Shown: positions 38,010-50,818 of the stretch, piece after piece
Layout: each line of letters starts with the position of its first letter
Numbering within the stretch: position 1 is the first letter of the stretch
NCBI RefSeq assembly: GCF_947568905.1
Contig: NC_079165.1
Coordinates: forward strand, 45,942,001 to 46,006,000
Direction of reading: 5' to 3'
Source: Ostrea edulis
Lineage: Eukaryota
Length of the DNA: 64,000 nt
Translations under genes and position numbers: made by a program
Notes under the pieces: generated by a model
Database searches by the model: none
The model's input: the letters and a program-made list of their open reading frames with translations, nothing else
What the model was told of the DNA's origin: nothing

Positions 38010-38560
38010 GGTTTTCATAAATAATCTCGTGACTAATGTTTGCCGACACAGACAAGGAAACATCAAACAAAAACACTTGGATCTCTTGTAAAGTTCCGTA
38101 GCATAGCAAATTAATGAAAGCGTGTGCCCATCTAGAAAACCTTATATTACGGTGTTTATATCTTTCAACTGATTCGATACGTAAGAGCTTGTACTGCTTG
38201 TGATGACTTTTTAAATTGAGACAGGCTACTGACAAACAAGTTGATGTTCCAGGGGTTTCAAGTCTCGCTTAAAGTTAGCCAATACATTGTATCATTCGGT
38301 CATATGCTGTCTGACGTGTTTCATACCGATTGTAAAACCGTTCTTGGCACACTGATTTGAATACGGATTACTCCGTTTACCTGAAGACATAGTGCTCACA
38401 GCGGGTGTGACCGGTCAACCGCAGATGCTTACTCCTCCAAGGCACCCGATTCCACCTCTGGTATGTCCAGAGGTCCGTGTTTGTCCCATTCTTTATTTTG
38501 TATTTCTTGTCAGATTTATGAGACTGATCACTGCTCGTTATCTTCACCTTTCATTTGTTT
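38010..38560 (+). mobile_element. Penelope-like element C-terminal and 3' tail fragment
   Basis: Contains GTTTATATCTTTCAACTGATTCGATACGTAAGAGCTTG (VYIFQLIRYVRAC) and the shared tail GTGACCGGTC..GATGCTTACTCCTCC..GAGACTGATCACTG. It is homologous to the reverse complement of 12580-13030. Confidence 0.8.
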
Positions 38561-40708
38561 GATGAAATAGTACATATGTATATAACAGTAACCGTTACTC
38601 CCAGTTTTCAAATTTTTCAGTGAGCTCGGAACTCTTGTCGTATGATAAAGATACACTAGTACATGTATATGTTGCCGTTTTTTTATGTTAAATAGTATAT
38701 TTTTTATGTTTTGTTGATGCAAGACAATTTAAATGAATAAGACACGAGAATTCTGGGACAGATGGAAATAGTTACCCAGAATACGATGCATTACATTTGT
38801 GAAGACTGGCGTTACAAGTCAACCTCGTATACACAGAGAAGTAATCTCGTTCCAACCAGATGCTCGGCTGTCTCCTTAAACCCCAACAAGCGAACAAGAT
38901 CGTAGCGGCTACGTAGGGCTCGGTAGCGCTACGATCTTGAACGATGTGCTAGGCTAACCCTACGTAGGGACAACAAGCGTTAATTCATACAGTGCGTTCA
39001 ATATACCTAGCAGCTACAATCTTGAACGCAGCCCCGATTATAAGCATCCTCGAGTTAAGGGCTTTCAAGTTTGTTCAAATGAAGACCCATGCCCCTTTCC
39101 AAGGGGAGATACATGTAATCACAAATATGTAAAAATAGGATGGAGTCATTTAAAAATCTTCTTCTCAAAAACCCCTGAGCCAGAAGAGCTGAAATTACAT
39201 GAACGCCTCTTGACATATCATTGGAGATTTTAGTTTGTTGTCTAAAACTTTAAAGAAGGGGAAAATGGGTAATAATAATCTAAATGAAATAGAATAAACA
39301 AAAACAAAAAATTATAAAAGCCAAGAAATAATGTTCAATTTCCTTCTCTAAGTGCAATATCACAAGAATAATGTTTTGATCAGTTTTAAGGTATTTGAGA
39401 TTTTAAGTCTATCGGGTATTTAGTGCGTTCATTAAAACAGTTGCTGAGGAAAAATAAGTCGTGTAACGTCTACACGAAGAACATTATTAAAATATGAGGA
39501 AGTAAGTAGCGTATAATTGATGTGAAATTTTAATTGACAGGTCCGAAATCTTCCATACTAGTCTGAATTTCGCTGCTGTCATAGGCGAGAAACGACTCCG
39601 TGACCCGGACCGGTAAATGTCCTAGTAAAAATAAACAAGTGAAATCGAGAGAACGATGACGTATATCTTTGTTATTTTAAGAACCAGTGACTTGAAATTT
39701 GGCATGCAAGTAGTTAAAACATTAATCTATGCAAGGAAAACGACAAACTACGCATAGCTTACCTAGTTTAAGATTTTTTAGGCATTTGAAGCGAGTGGTT
39801 AGTTTTTTATCTGTGTCAGAGTTAGACCCCTTTCTATATTTATGGTATCACAGAGTTCGGGCCCAAAACGGGCTTAGCCCCTGTGCACCAAATTGAGACT
39901 GTACAACAAACCATTAGCTGATGCAATACTATGAAGCCGCTTCAGTACTAACAGCTTAGTGAAAAATAAATACAAATACAGAAAATTTATTAGCATTCAC
40001 AGTCTAATAAATACTGTTTTTATAATATCATGAAACGTGTATAAGCACAGAATGTTGTAAATGGTGCCTGAGAAATCCAGTTTTAATAATGTATTTAATC
40101 ATTATGAACCAATATTTCTAAGCACTTTTGTGTTGTGCACTTACTTTTCAAATCTTCCGTACAGAACTTATGTCATAGATTTTTACTTAGTTTTCCTATG
40201 AATTTTAATTACATATGGTATATATTCAAAATAAATGCATTCTCTCGAATGCACATTTTTCATACTACAGAATATTTTAATGACTACACAACGTAAGCTA
40301 AATCAATAACACACATGTAGTTTGCTTTCAAAATTTACGTTGCTTGAAAATGATTACATCTTTTACACTTCCTTTCCATTCAGAAAAAAACCCAATCTGC
40401 TGACATGAATTATACGTAAAAATATTGCACCAATTTTTCAAAAACACTTCTACAGTATAGACGTACTCTCACACACAATAACCAAGACTGTATGCTTCAA
40501 TGCTCACACACAATAACCAAGACTGAATGCTTCAATGCTCACAAAATGTTTTGAGCAAATACAGCAGATAAAAACTACTGAGTACAGTAAATGAGTAAAT
40601 ATACATGTACATAAAAGACTGCACATAAAAGACTGTCAATTGCTGCAGAGGGGTTTAGTCCTCTTTCATTTCGTATTACCCAGTACGATTACAAAGCTTT
40701 TCTGTAGA

Positions 40709-42117
40709 TCAGTTTTCATCAGGTTCAGGTTCTAAAGGATAAAATAAAAAGTTGTCAAGTAACTGAGCAATACAACATACCATGCTTCCCGTTAGCTTCT
40801 TCCTATATATTCAATACCCTACTATTTTCACACAGAGCACGGATATACATACAATATCACTATTTCTTTTGTGTAACTTGACTTTTCCCCCTTCTTTTTA
40901 CATATAATCCCATTTATTTAGAGAGATAATGTGCTCATCTGTGGATTTGAACCTGGAGCAGAAAGCTCGCTAATCGAAAATGCAAACCATTCCGTCATCT
41001 CTTCTCTATACGTAAATAGATCGTATATAAACCACAGTTTATCACTAGTTAATAAAACTGCTGTAGAGAAAACTTGTCCAAATATTTGATTAACACAAAA
41101 ATGATGGATACTCCCCTTCAGGTCATGCACTATTTGTCAAAACCCTTATTACTATTTTGGCAAAGCATACAAAAAATGTAATGTTACTATATATGTACAT
41201 GTATATAAAAGAGATTGTTATTTCCTGTATTTTTTTCCTTTCAATAGAATTATCTTACTGTGATATTGACAGGCGTGTGTGTGTATCTGATTATCCATAC
41301 AGTAACAAACCTGGTATATTATACTTCTGTCGTATTTCCTCCATCAAATCTGTGCGGTCACAGGTCTCCAAAGCAGTAAAGAGTCGTTGCAGCAGAACGT
41401 TGTCTGCCTGATCCTCCTGACGATCTCGCCATTTCTGTAGAGCTATGCTAATCTGGTTAAGCACTTTGTAAGGGTTGTCTAACTGTATCTGCTCAATCTC
41501 TGCTTGTTTCAATCCAAGATATCCAACCACCAGGGACCACTCAGCTCCCAGTCTGGCAGCCACATACATCAAGCCAAAGTCAGTTAGAATGCCTGAAATC
41601 AGTCAATTAATTCCAAATATTTTCATTCACGGAACCCTTTCTCTTATTTTTCTTTTCAAATTGACATTGCTTTCATTATAGACAATGAATACATGTTTTT
41701 GCAAACTAGTTCAATCGTTTTTTTAGTACAACCTGTCCACGCAATCATTACCAAAAATGGAGCCTTGTCAAGGTCAAAGGGTATATTGGCTGTTCTGTTT
41801 AAAGTAACGAATGTGTCAAAGATATGATATTTTAGTACTTAAAAATGTAGTTTATATTTTTAAAAACTACATAAAAATATAAACAAATATCAGGAGATGA
41901 AGGTAGCAATCATTGCAGCAAAATTTGCATAACCCGCATTAGCACAATTTTTTCTGCAATGTTTGCTACCTTCACTACCCAATAAAATGACAGAGAGTAT
42001 TTTATTGTCTAAATGAATCAAAAACTTTCATTAGGGCCCCACAGTAGGTGGATACCCTACAGTGATCAGCCTATGTGTGTGTGCAGCTGTCTGTCCATGC
42101 AAATGTTTTTCTGGACT

Positions 42118-42151
<34 letters not shown>

Positions 42152-45100
42152 GTATCCCTGCAGCTATTGAATTGAAAATTTATACACGAATTTATATCAG
42201 TAGGTTACATATCAAGCTTGAGTCTCCTTTACATAATGCTACAAACAGGGGCCCCTTTGTGATACTTGCCATCACAATGATATTTACATGTAGCTGTTTA
42301 ATACGTTCATTCTGAGTATCACACAACAAAATATTACTATTTATCAAAAGCATTGCATTCTGATGATTCAAGATACATTTTTCAAACTGGGAAGTGAATG
42401 TTGTCAGTATTTTGCAGTCTAAAGCAATGGCAATTACTTCTAATAAAAACGGCTGGACAAAAACTTCATTATGATAGCATAATGACCTTGATTCACAGTA
42501 ATGACATAAAATTATTCTCATTGATTAAGTATGAGGTTCTAATGTTCATCCTTTCACAAAGTTACAGAATGGGACACCTATTTGTAAGGTTTTTAACCAG
42601 TCATTTGGACCAGACTGACCTTGTCTGATCATAAGAAACCTTTCTGCCACATATCAGCTTTTGAAGACCCTCCACTATATAAAGTTATCATCCATAGAAA
42701 ATAGTTAATCTCTTTATACTTTATACACATGTACCTGTGACCTTGACTTTGGTATGTTGAAAATGATTCAGGGTCGTAAATAACTTTTGCAAAAGTCTCT
42801 GCAACATAGTTGTGGCCTACAACAATTATCACAATAACTCGAGCATTGACAAAATGATCGTGACTCATAATGTATAAGCAACCTCTATGCCAAGAATGAG
42901 CTTTTAAAATCTGTGATTTGAACAATTTTTCCCCTAGTGACCTTGGCAAAATGACCTATACTCAGGGTTATAACAAAATTGTCAAATCATAAGCAACTTT
43001 TAATACAGGTATAAGTTTGTAAAGTTTATTGATTAATCATTTCAAGTTACATACAATGTGGAATGGAAGGATAGAAGACAAAGAGGAAGAGATGGAGAGA
43101 AATGGCTTCCCCTATTTATCATCCAAACTTAAGTTTGTAATGTCTATTATTATGCACAAAGCTTTTACATGTTAAGGTAACCCCACCCTCATGTGACCTC
43201 ACATTATTATGGGTTCAGAGTAAAAAAAAAAAAAAAAGCATTAATTTCCACATTATATAATTTTGATTTAATCAATAGCAAAATAAAATGTATATGTTGT
43301 CGCTTCTATAAAGATGTCAGCCACACACAAACAAAAGTATATATCAACATCAGAAAAATGCTCATTTTCAATAAACAGTATAATAAAAAATACACAAAAA
43401 AAGTGGTTAAAATGACAAAGTTTTAATTTTAACAGTTTCAAAAACAAAAACAAAAAAATGCTTGTTTATAAATTTATATGAATCAACTGTGTATATCAGG
43501 GAAAACATTGTTTAATAGACATACAACAGAGTATGCCAGCATAGGAGTTATTGCCCTTGACAACATTAATTGATTATTTATCGAAAATATATAAACCTTT
43601 TCAGTATCAAATAGTTTTACCAATTTTTTTATTGAACCTAGTGAATAAAATTCCTACAGAATATATGTTTCTATCAATCACAAATTTTAATCAATTAATG
43701 ATTTTGCAAAAACCTATGAGGTTACATGGGGATGTTCAGGAGTACAGAGGATATTTACCAATGTATTGTATTTTTAGCATATACCATATAGCCCTACCCT
43801 GTGGTCTGAAGCCTTGACCAAAGAGTAAACAAGAAATGTTTGTAAAACATATGTGCCCCCATGGTGCAAATTTGAAGAGGGTTATACACATGCATCATTT
43901 AATTGATAGTACAGGTGTAGTGTCATAACAATTCAAGATATTGAGTGGACAACATCTTCCTTTTAAGATATTGAATGGACAATATCTTCCTTTCAAGATA
44001 TTGAGTGGACAATATCTTCCTTTCAAGATATTGAGTGGACAACATCTTCCTTTCAAGATATTGAGTGGACAACATCTTCCTATGGGCAGTTTGACCCTTG
44101 ACCTTTGACCATGTGACCTCAACATCAATAGGGGTCATCTACCCTTTAGGATGTACCAGGGTTCCAAGTTTCATGTCTGTAAAGCAAAGGGTTCTCAATA
44201 CATGTATATTGAGTAGACAGTATCTTCCTATGTCCAGAGTGGATTGACTCTTGACTTTGGCCCAAAAATCAATAGGGGTCCTCTTTTACTCAAAACAACA
44301 TATGAAATATTATTATGATCAAGTGAATGGTTCTTAAGATATTGAGTGGACAACATGTGATCTACTGACTGACATACCAAAAGACCGACCGACAGGTGCA
44401 AAGCAATATGTCCCTCTTCTTTGAAGGGGGGATAAAAATTTCACAATTTTAGTAAGGGATTTTATGCTCATTATAACTATGCACCCAGTTTATTTCCTTC
44501 ATGTTTTAAGGAGTAAATATTTTGAAATATGAAATATATTTTCTATATATGACCCACTTAGCCCAGTTATGATGCCTGAACCCCTGACCCTGGGGCCATA
44601 ATTTGCACAATTTTGGAAGAGGCTTCCCTGTTCATTAAAACTATGCACTAAATTTGGCTCTACTGTACATGTTCAGGAGTTCAAACATGGAAACATTTTC
44701 TCTATATGACCTACTTGGCTATCTATCAACTTAAAATATGATTAATTCTTGTCATAATTAGCACTAATTCAATGGTAATGACTAAAAAAATAGTATTGTT
44801 CATATCAATCTCAATGTCTATCACACTGAAAATAGCATGCATTTGTTTGAGCACCAATGATGCTTAAGCTTCTTGGAAATTCTAACAACTAAAATGCATT
44901 TTAGTTATCAAATAAAAGAGTTACTGAACAAGCTAATGAATATTCAACCTAACTCATGCCAAAATATTTACCAATAAAGATTGGTACAATTGATATGCAT
45001 ATACAGTATATATATTTGTGTGTGTATAAAAAAAATTTGTGAGCATATGATACAATGTTTATAGTGTAAGACATCATTATACAAAGCTAACACAAATGAA

Positions 45101-48100
45101 GGAATATGATGGATTTAAATATTAAAATTCTTCATTTATAATCATTATAACTCTATCAATGTCACTGTCAGCTGTTCAGATCATACAAGTACCAGTATCA
45201 AGGTTCTGATGTTCAGCAAAATTTGCAAAAATCAATTAGAAGTGCCAGTGGGTAAAAAGTATTCGAAACATTTTAATGCTGACCGATTTAGGCATTGAAA
45301 TGTGTCGTACAGTAAAGTGCAATTTTTTTACTGAAATTTTGAAGTTTAATAATGACCTTTAACCTTATCTGAGCATAGTGTGTGACCTACCTGACCCCGT
45401 GCCATCCACTGTGTCCTCTAGACTGGCCAGGAACTCCTTTAACACTATTACGTGTTGTCCAATGTTATCCTGGAAATCTAGTCAACAGAAAACACAAATG
45501 AAAGATCGAAATCTGTTATCTGAATTAATATTTTCCAAGTTACAACACATTAATTATAAATAACATGCATATTTAATAGTAATTGGTTAACATTTTCTGT
45601 ACTTCATAATTATCATTCCAAGATAATGTGTTTTCTAATTTAAATGTGCTTGGTAATGATACATTAAGATAACTAAATGATTAACTTATTTGTACAGAAT
45701 TGGGTATGCTTTATAGGATTGAAAGTATTTCTTCATTTTGTTTTTTAAACAAACTGTGATTTGGTAATCCCTGCCATTCATTAGTAAACCAAAAGTATGT
45801 AAACACATTTATAGAAATTCACCTCATTTCCATAATTGGTTTTAATTTTTTTAAATTCTTTACCATAGTGCTGTTATAAAATGTGTGATTAAAGATGTGC
45901 GTGGGGCACAGGTAACGAGATCAGCTCTCATTTCCTATCACAAATTGTATATGCATCAAGCTGGCAGAAACAACAACACCTTCATTAATCATTATTCATC
46001 AAGGAAAACCAAATAAATGTAAGTACGAAGGTTTACGTCACAGTCTGTTACCTCCGTCATCAAAACTAAAATAAGCCTGGCTTTGTCAGAGTTACTCATG
46101 GTCTATCCTATAAAACAGGTAAGCAGTGTACTGCAATTTCATTTTTTTACCATAACATCTATCAGTCTTTTTAATTCAAAAATTTATCAATAAAATTTTC
46201 CAATCACAATTTTAAAAAAAATGATACATTGATTTTCTTAACTTATAAATATTTCTATATAAGGTTTTACTATGAAGACAGAGTGGATTCTTGGTATTTC
46301 CATTTTAATTTTCACACCATGTCAGGGTAAGTTTTAAAAACACTAGGTTAGATGTTGATTCTCCGGAAACAATTATGGCATAAAGGTTTTAAATTATACA
46401 AAATCATAATTATAATCATCATTTGTGTGATCAAGTTAGACAGAAAACATTGATAACTTGATAAATCTAATACATCAATATATATATATGTACATATATG
46501 ATATCATTCACAGGCCAGTTACCATTTGAGGTGGCATCAGAAGACCTTGGAAATGCTGAAGCGGATTTTATTGATTTCTTTCTGAGTAATCCAGACATGT
46601 TATTTAATGCACTGGATATTAATACTGAGACAACAACCTTAGCACCACTTGAAACCATAACCCTCAACTCTGGAACGGAACATACAGGGACACAGCAGTC
46701 TAATAATGGAACGGAACATACAGATCATACAAATCATGGAACGGAACATATAGATCATACAGATCATGGAACAGAACATACAGATCATGGAACAGAACAC
46801 ACAGATCATGGAAGTGAAACAGCTGGAAACAAAGATTCTGAACATGGATTAGTTGTGGAGGATGGCATGGTGCGTGACCCTGTATCTGGTTCCATTACTC
46901 ATTTATTTGACATACATGATGGGGCACTCTTAGAGGTTATACAAAGTGAAATAACTGGTGGACATGTAATTGACCCCCATACTGGAGAATTGATTCTTCT
47001 TTCTGAAATTTCTTTGTCAGAGGATACACATGCTTCCCAGACTACAACTGTATCCTTGACAACTGCTGATTCTACCACAGAAAGCCCCCATTCTAATCAT
47101 CCAGGGGAAAGTACAATTTCTGAGGTTAACAAAAATCAGATTACTTCACAGAACAAAATTGTGAATGGAGTTATCAGAGATCTGAGTACGGGTAAGATCA
47201 CACATATTGTGGATCCCCACACTGGTGAACATCTGAAAGTTATAGAAAGTCCAATATTTGGAGCTCATATTTTTGACTCCAAAACTGGTGATCTGATTAT
47301 TGCAGAAGATCATGCTCTGGAGCATGGTACAATTGATGTCCAACCTCAAACCTTACAGCAACAAACCGACGCTCCTCCACCACAAACAACACCAATAAAC
47401 ATCCCAGAAACTACAACAAAAGCTTCTACCACAACAACCCCAGAAGCAACCACCACAACAGAAGCAACCACCACAACAGATGCAACAACCACAACACGGG
47501 CAGCAACCACAACAGAAGCAACCACCACAACAAAGGCAATCACAACAGAAGCAACAACCACAACACAGGCAACCACCACAACAGAAGCAACCACCACACC
47601 AGATGTACATATATTAGAGGCTTTGGAGAAGGCAACTGTAGCTGCAACTAAAAAAACATTCACAACAACAGTTCAAACACCAGTACAGACTACCACAAAG
47701 AATCCAAAAGTATTCACGCAACAAGTACCGGCTGATCATGATAGCATTCATACACATGATAATGACCATCAAAATAACCGAGGAATAGTGATACATAACA
47801 TAGTGTCTTCCACTCCACAAACACCATCAAATAGGTTGTCAACAAACAAACCACCAAAAAGGAGAAGGAAATTTGGTACAATGAAGGGAATACACTCCAT
47901 ATTAAATAAATACAAGTCAGAATACGTAAAAACCAAAAAGAATCGAAAAGAAAAGTATGGTGATGACAACAATAATCCCAACATAAACAAAGTATTGAAA
48001 TGGATCGAACGAAGAAAAAATCAATTCAAAAAGGTTTTGCATAAAAAAAAGCATATTGAGGAAGAAAAGAAAATTAATCCAAATAAAAGATTTAAAATTT

Positions 48101-50782
48101 TAGACCTGGAAACCTATTTTCCAAGTCTTAAACGAAACAAATTCGGAGGACTAGAGGCACGGAAGAAGTGGAGAAATGCAGTGGGAAGCCCTAAGTCAAG
48201 AAACAGAAAGAGTGAAAACAAGAATACCCAAAGTACACTGTCAACAGAAAACAAGGCCAATTTAAACAGGTGGCATAGCAGAGCAATATTTCAAAATCCA
48301 CACAGCAAAAGAGTAGCAGGTGCAAAACAAGGAAACCAGCAGAACACAGCCAGGAAGAGGGAGTTTAATAAACAGATGTCCACCAAACTAAATCAAAAAA
48401 AGATGTCAACAAAAAAGAACAGAAAAACAACTAACACATCTACAAACACTGAGTTATCCAATAAGCCAACAACCAATACCAAAACACCCCCCACCAAAAA
48501 ATCTCGTCAAAGAGGGAAACGTAGAAAATTCAAAAATCTTTTTGCAAATAGACGAAGAGATTTTTTACGACGAAAACAAAAGAAACAAACACCAGTGAAC
48601 AAACACTCTGATAAACACACTGATCTGGAAAACTATGTAAAAAGTTTGAAAGAAAAAGTGACTGAAAACAATCCTGCATCACATCCAGAAAATCAAACTG
48701 CAGAGTCATACGCTTCTGATTTTGCCAGGAAAATAAATAACAAAAGAATTGCAAGAGACCCTAAAAATGTTAAATTGAGAAAAGCAAAATGGGAAAAGTC
48801 ATACTTAGCAGGCCAAACTGGGACATAATTCTAAAATTATAAAGCATGTAATAAAGGTGTATTCAGACTCAGTTCTATGTTCTTGTTTAATATTCATCAC
48901 GGTCACTTAATCTCTTTAGAGAAGTGGACAAGCCTGCTACTGTTCCCAATCTTTCCTCTAGTCTTTTGGCTCTGTTTAATTTGCAGTTCATGGCATAAAC
49001 AAAATAGAATCTATACTTATATCAGGGTGTTTGCATATTCATTTGAAAAAATGTACCTTTATTTTTCAAACAGTTCTTTTACACATCATTAAGCAAAGCT
49101 TCAAACCCTGTCATGGCCTGACCCAGGACCCATGCTGTGAACAAACTTGAATCTACAATTCATGGGGATATTTTGCATATCTAATTTGACAAACTGTACA
49201 CCTGTGGTTCTTGATCAGAATTTTTAAAGAACTTGAATCTACATTACATATGGATGCTTGTATTATGTATACCACTTCGACATACTGTGTCAGTGTTTAT
49301 TAAGAAGATTTTACAAGCAATTTTCTGTTATACTCCTATGTAAAATTTAGACCCCAATGATGACACTGGCAATGGGAATCATGGTTTAAACTATCTTGCA
49401 TCTAAAGTATACAACAAAGATTTCATATAACTTTTGGATCTACTGGTTCAGTGGATCTTAAGAAGAAGATTAATTCTAAACATCTCCCTCAATTTTTTAA
49501 ATTAATTTCCCTTCGAATGGGGAGTGACCCTTCATTGAAATAATTCTAAATCCTCTTTATCCAAGGATAATTTGTGGCAAGTTAAGAAATGTACATAGTT
49601 AACAATGGACATACTTGTAAATAAGTATCAAAGTCATTCTTCAGTCAGAATGGGGTTTTTTTGTTTTTTTTTTAAGTTTTACAAAACATCATACCAAAGT
49701 TTTTGATTTTTACACCTACTGATATTAAATTGAAATATATTTTAAAACATATGGCTATTTTGTTTCTCTTGGGACTCTTCCATGTTTCATATAATGAAAT
49801 GATTTTCAATCTGGATCAGTATTTGTTTTAGAAATGTCACTAAAATGTTACTACATGAAAAATAAGAAGATCTAAAGCTTGGCGATAGGAAACAAAGTAG
49901 ATCAATGCACTCATACTGTAGGAAAACAATGAACATGGCAATGCTGCTGCTGAAAGAAGTGCTATCATACACTATGTAACACTGCAGCCATGAAGAATCT
50001 GACATTCAAAGTGCTGGGTTTACCATAATCATAAAGGTGTGTTAAAAAACAACAACAACAAACCACTTCAGATAAAACATGTCACAAGGCCAAAGTGGGT
50101 ATTGGAACAATAAAATCATGTGGCATTTTACCAGATATAAAGTTGGTGGCAATGCTATGGCCATATGAAGAAAATTCAAAATATTTTTTCCTTTAATACC
50201 CGATATATTACAGATTGTGTAATTTTATATTTGCTTTATTAAAGAATCTGGTTGCTTTAGCCAAGTTGTGAGGCCGCTTGCTTTGTAACTAGGGTGTCCT
50301 AAGTTCGATTCTTGATAGGAATGCCAAATCTAACCAAAGATCTTTAACATAGCAAATGACATCAGAAGCAAAAATCATGGGTCTTTCAGTAATGATCTTA
50401 AAAATGAAGGTGTAATGTCACTGTAGACTTGGCAATATAAAGAACCCTCACTGCTGTGGCACCGAGTGTCATGCAATGGTTAAAATTTGTGGCAATTCAC
50501 CTACAGCTGGTGATGTCTCTATAAGAGTAAAAGTTCATTGAATGAGAAATAAAAGATCATACAAATCAACAACAAAAAACCACAAACAACACACACACAC
50601 AATTTTTGAGAAAATGTACTAGTACAACTAATAGTTCTGCCTCACTGACATGTATTTGGAAAGACAGTTGGAAATTCATGCTACAGTGTAAAGGGACTGA
50701 TTCACACCCCCCCCCCCCCTCATTTTGTTTTTCACTTTAAATTGTTAAAATATACAGTCTAATACAGTTATATGTTTAAAAG

Positions 50783-50818
<36 letters not shown>

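Noticed and set aside
47346-47990. Val/Ala-rich and Cys/Gly-rich minus-strand ORFs
   Set aside because: They are antisense shadows of the Thr-rich tract of the nested gene and have no splice context linking them to ROCO.
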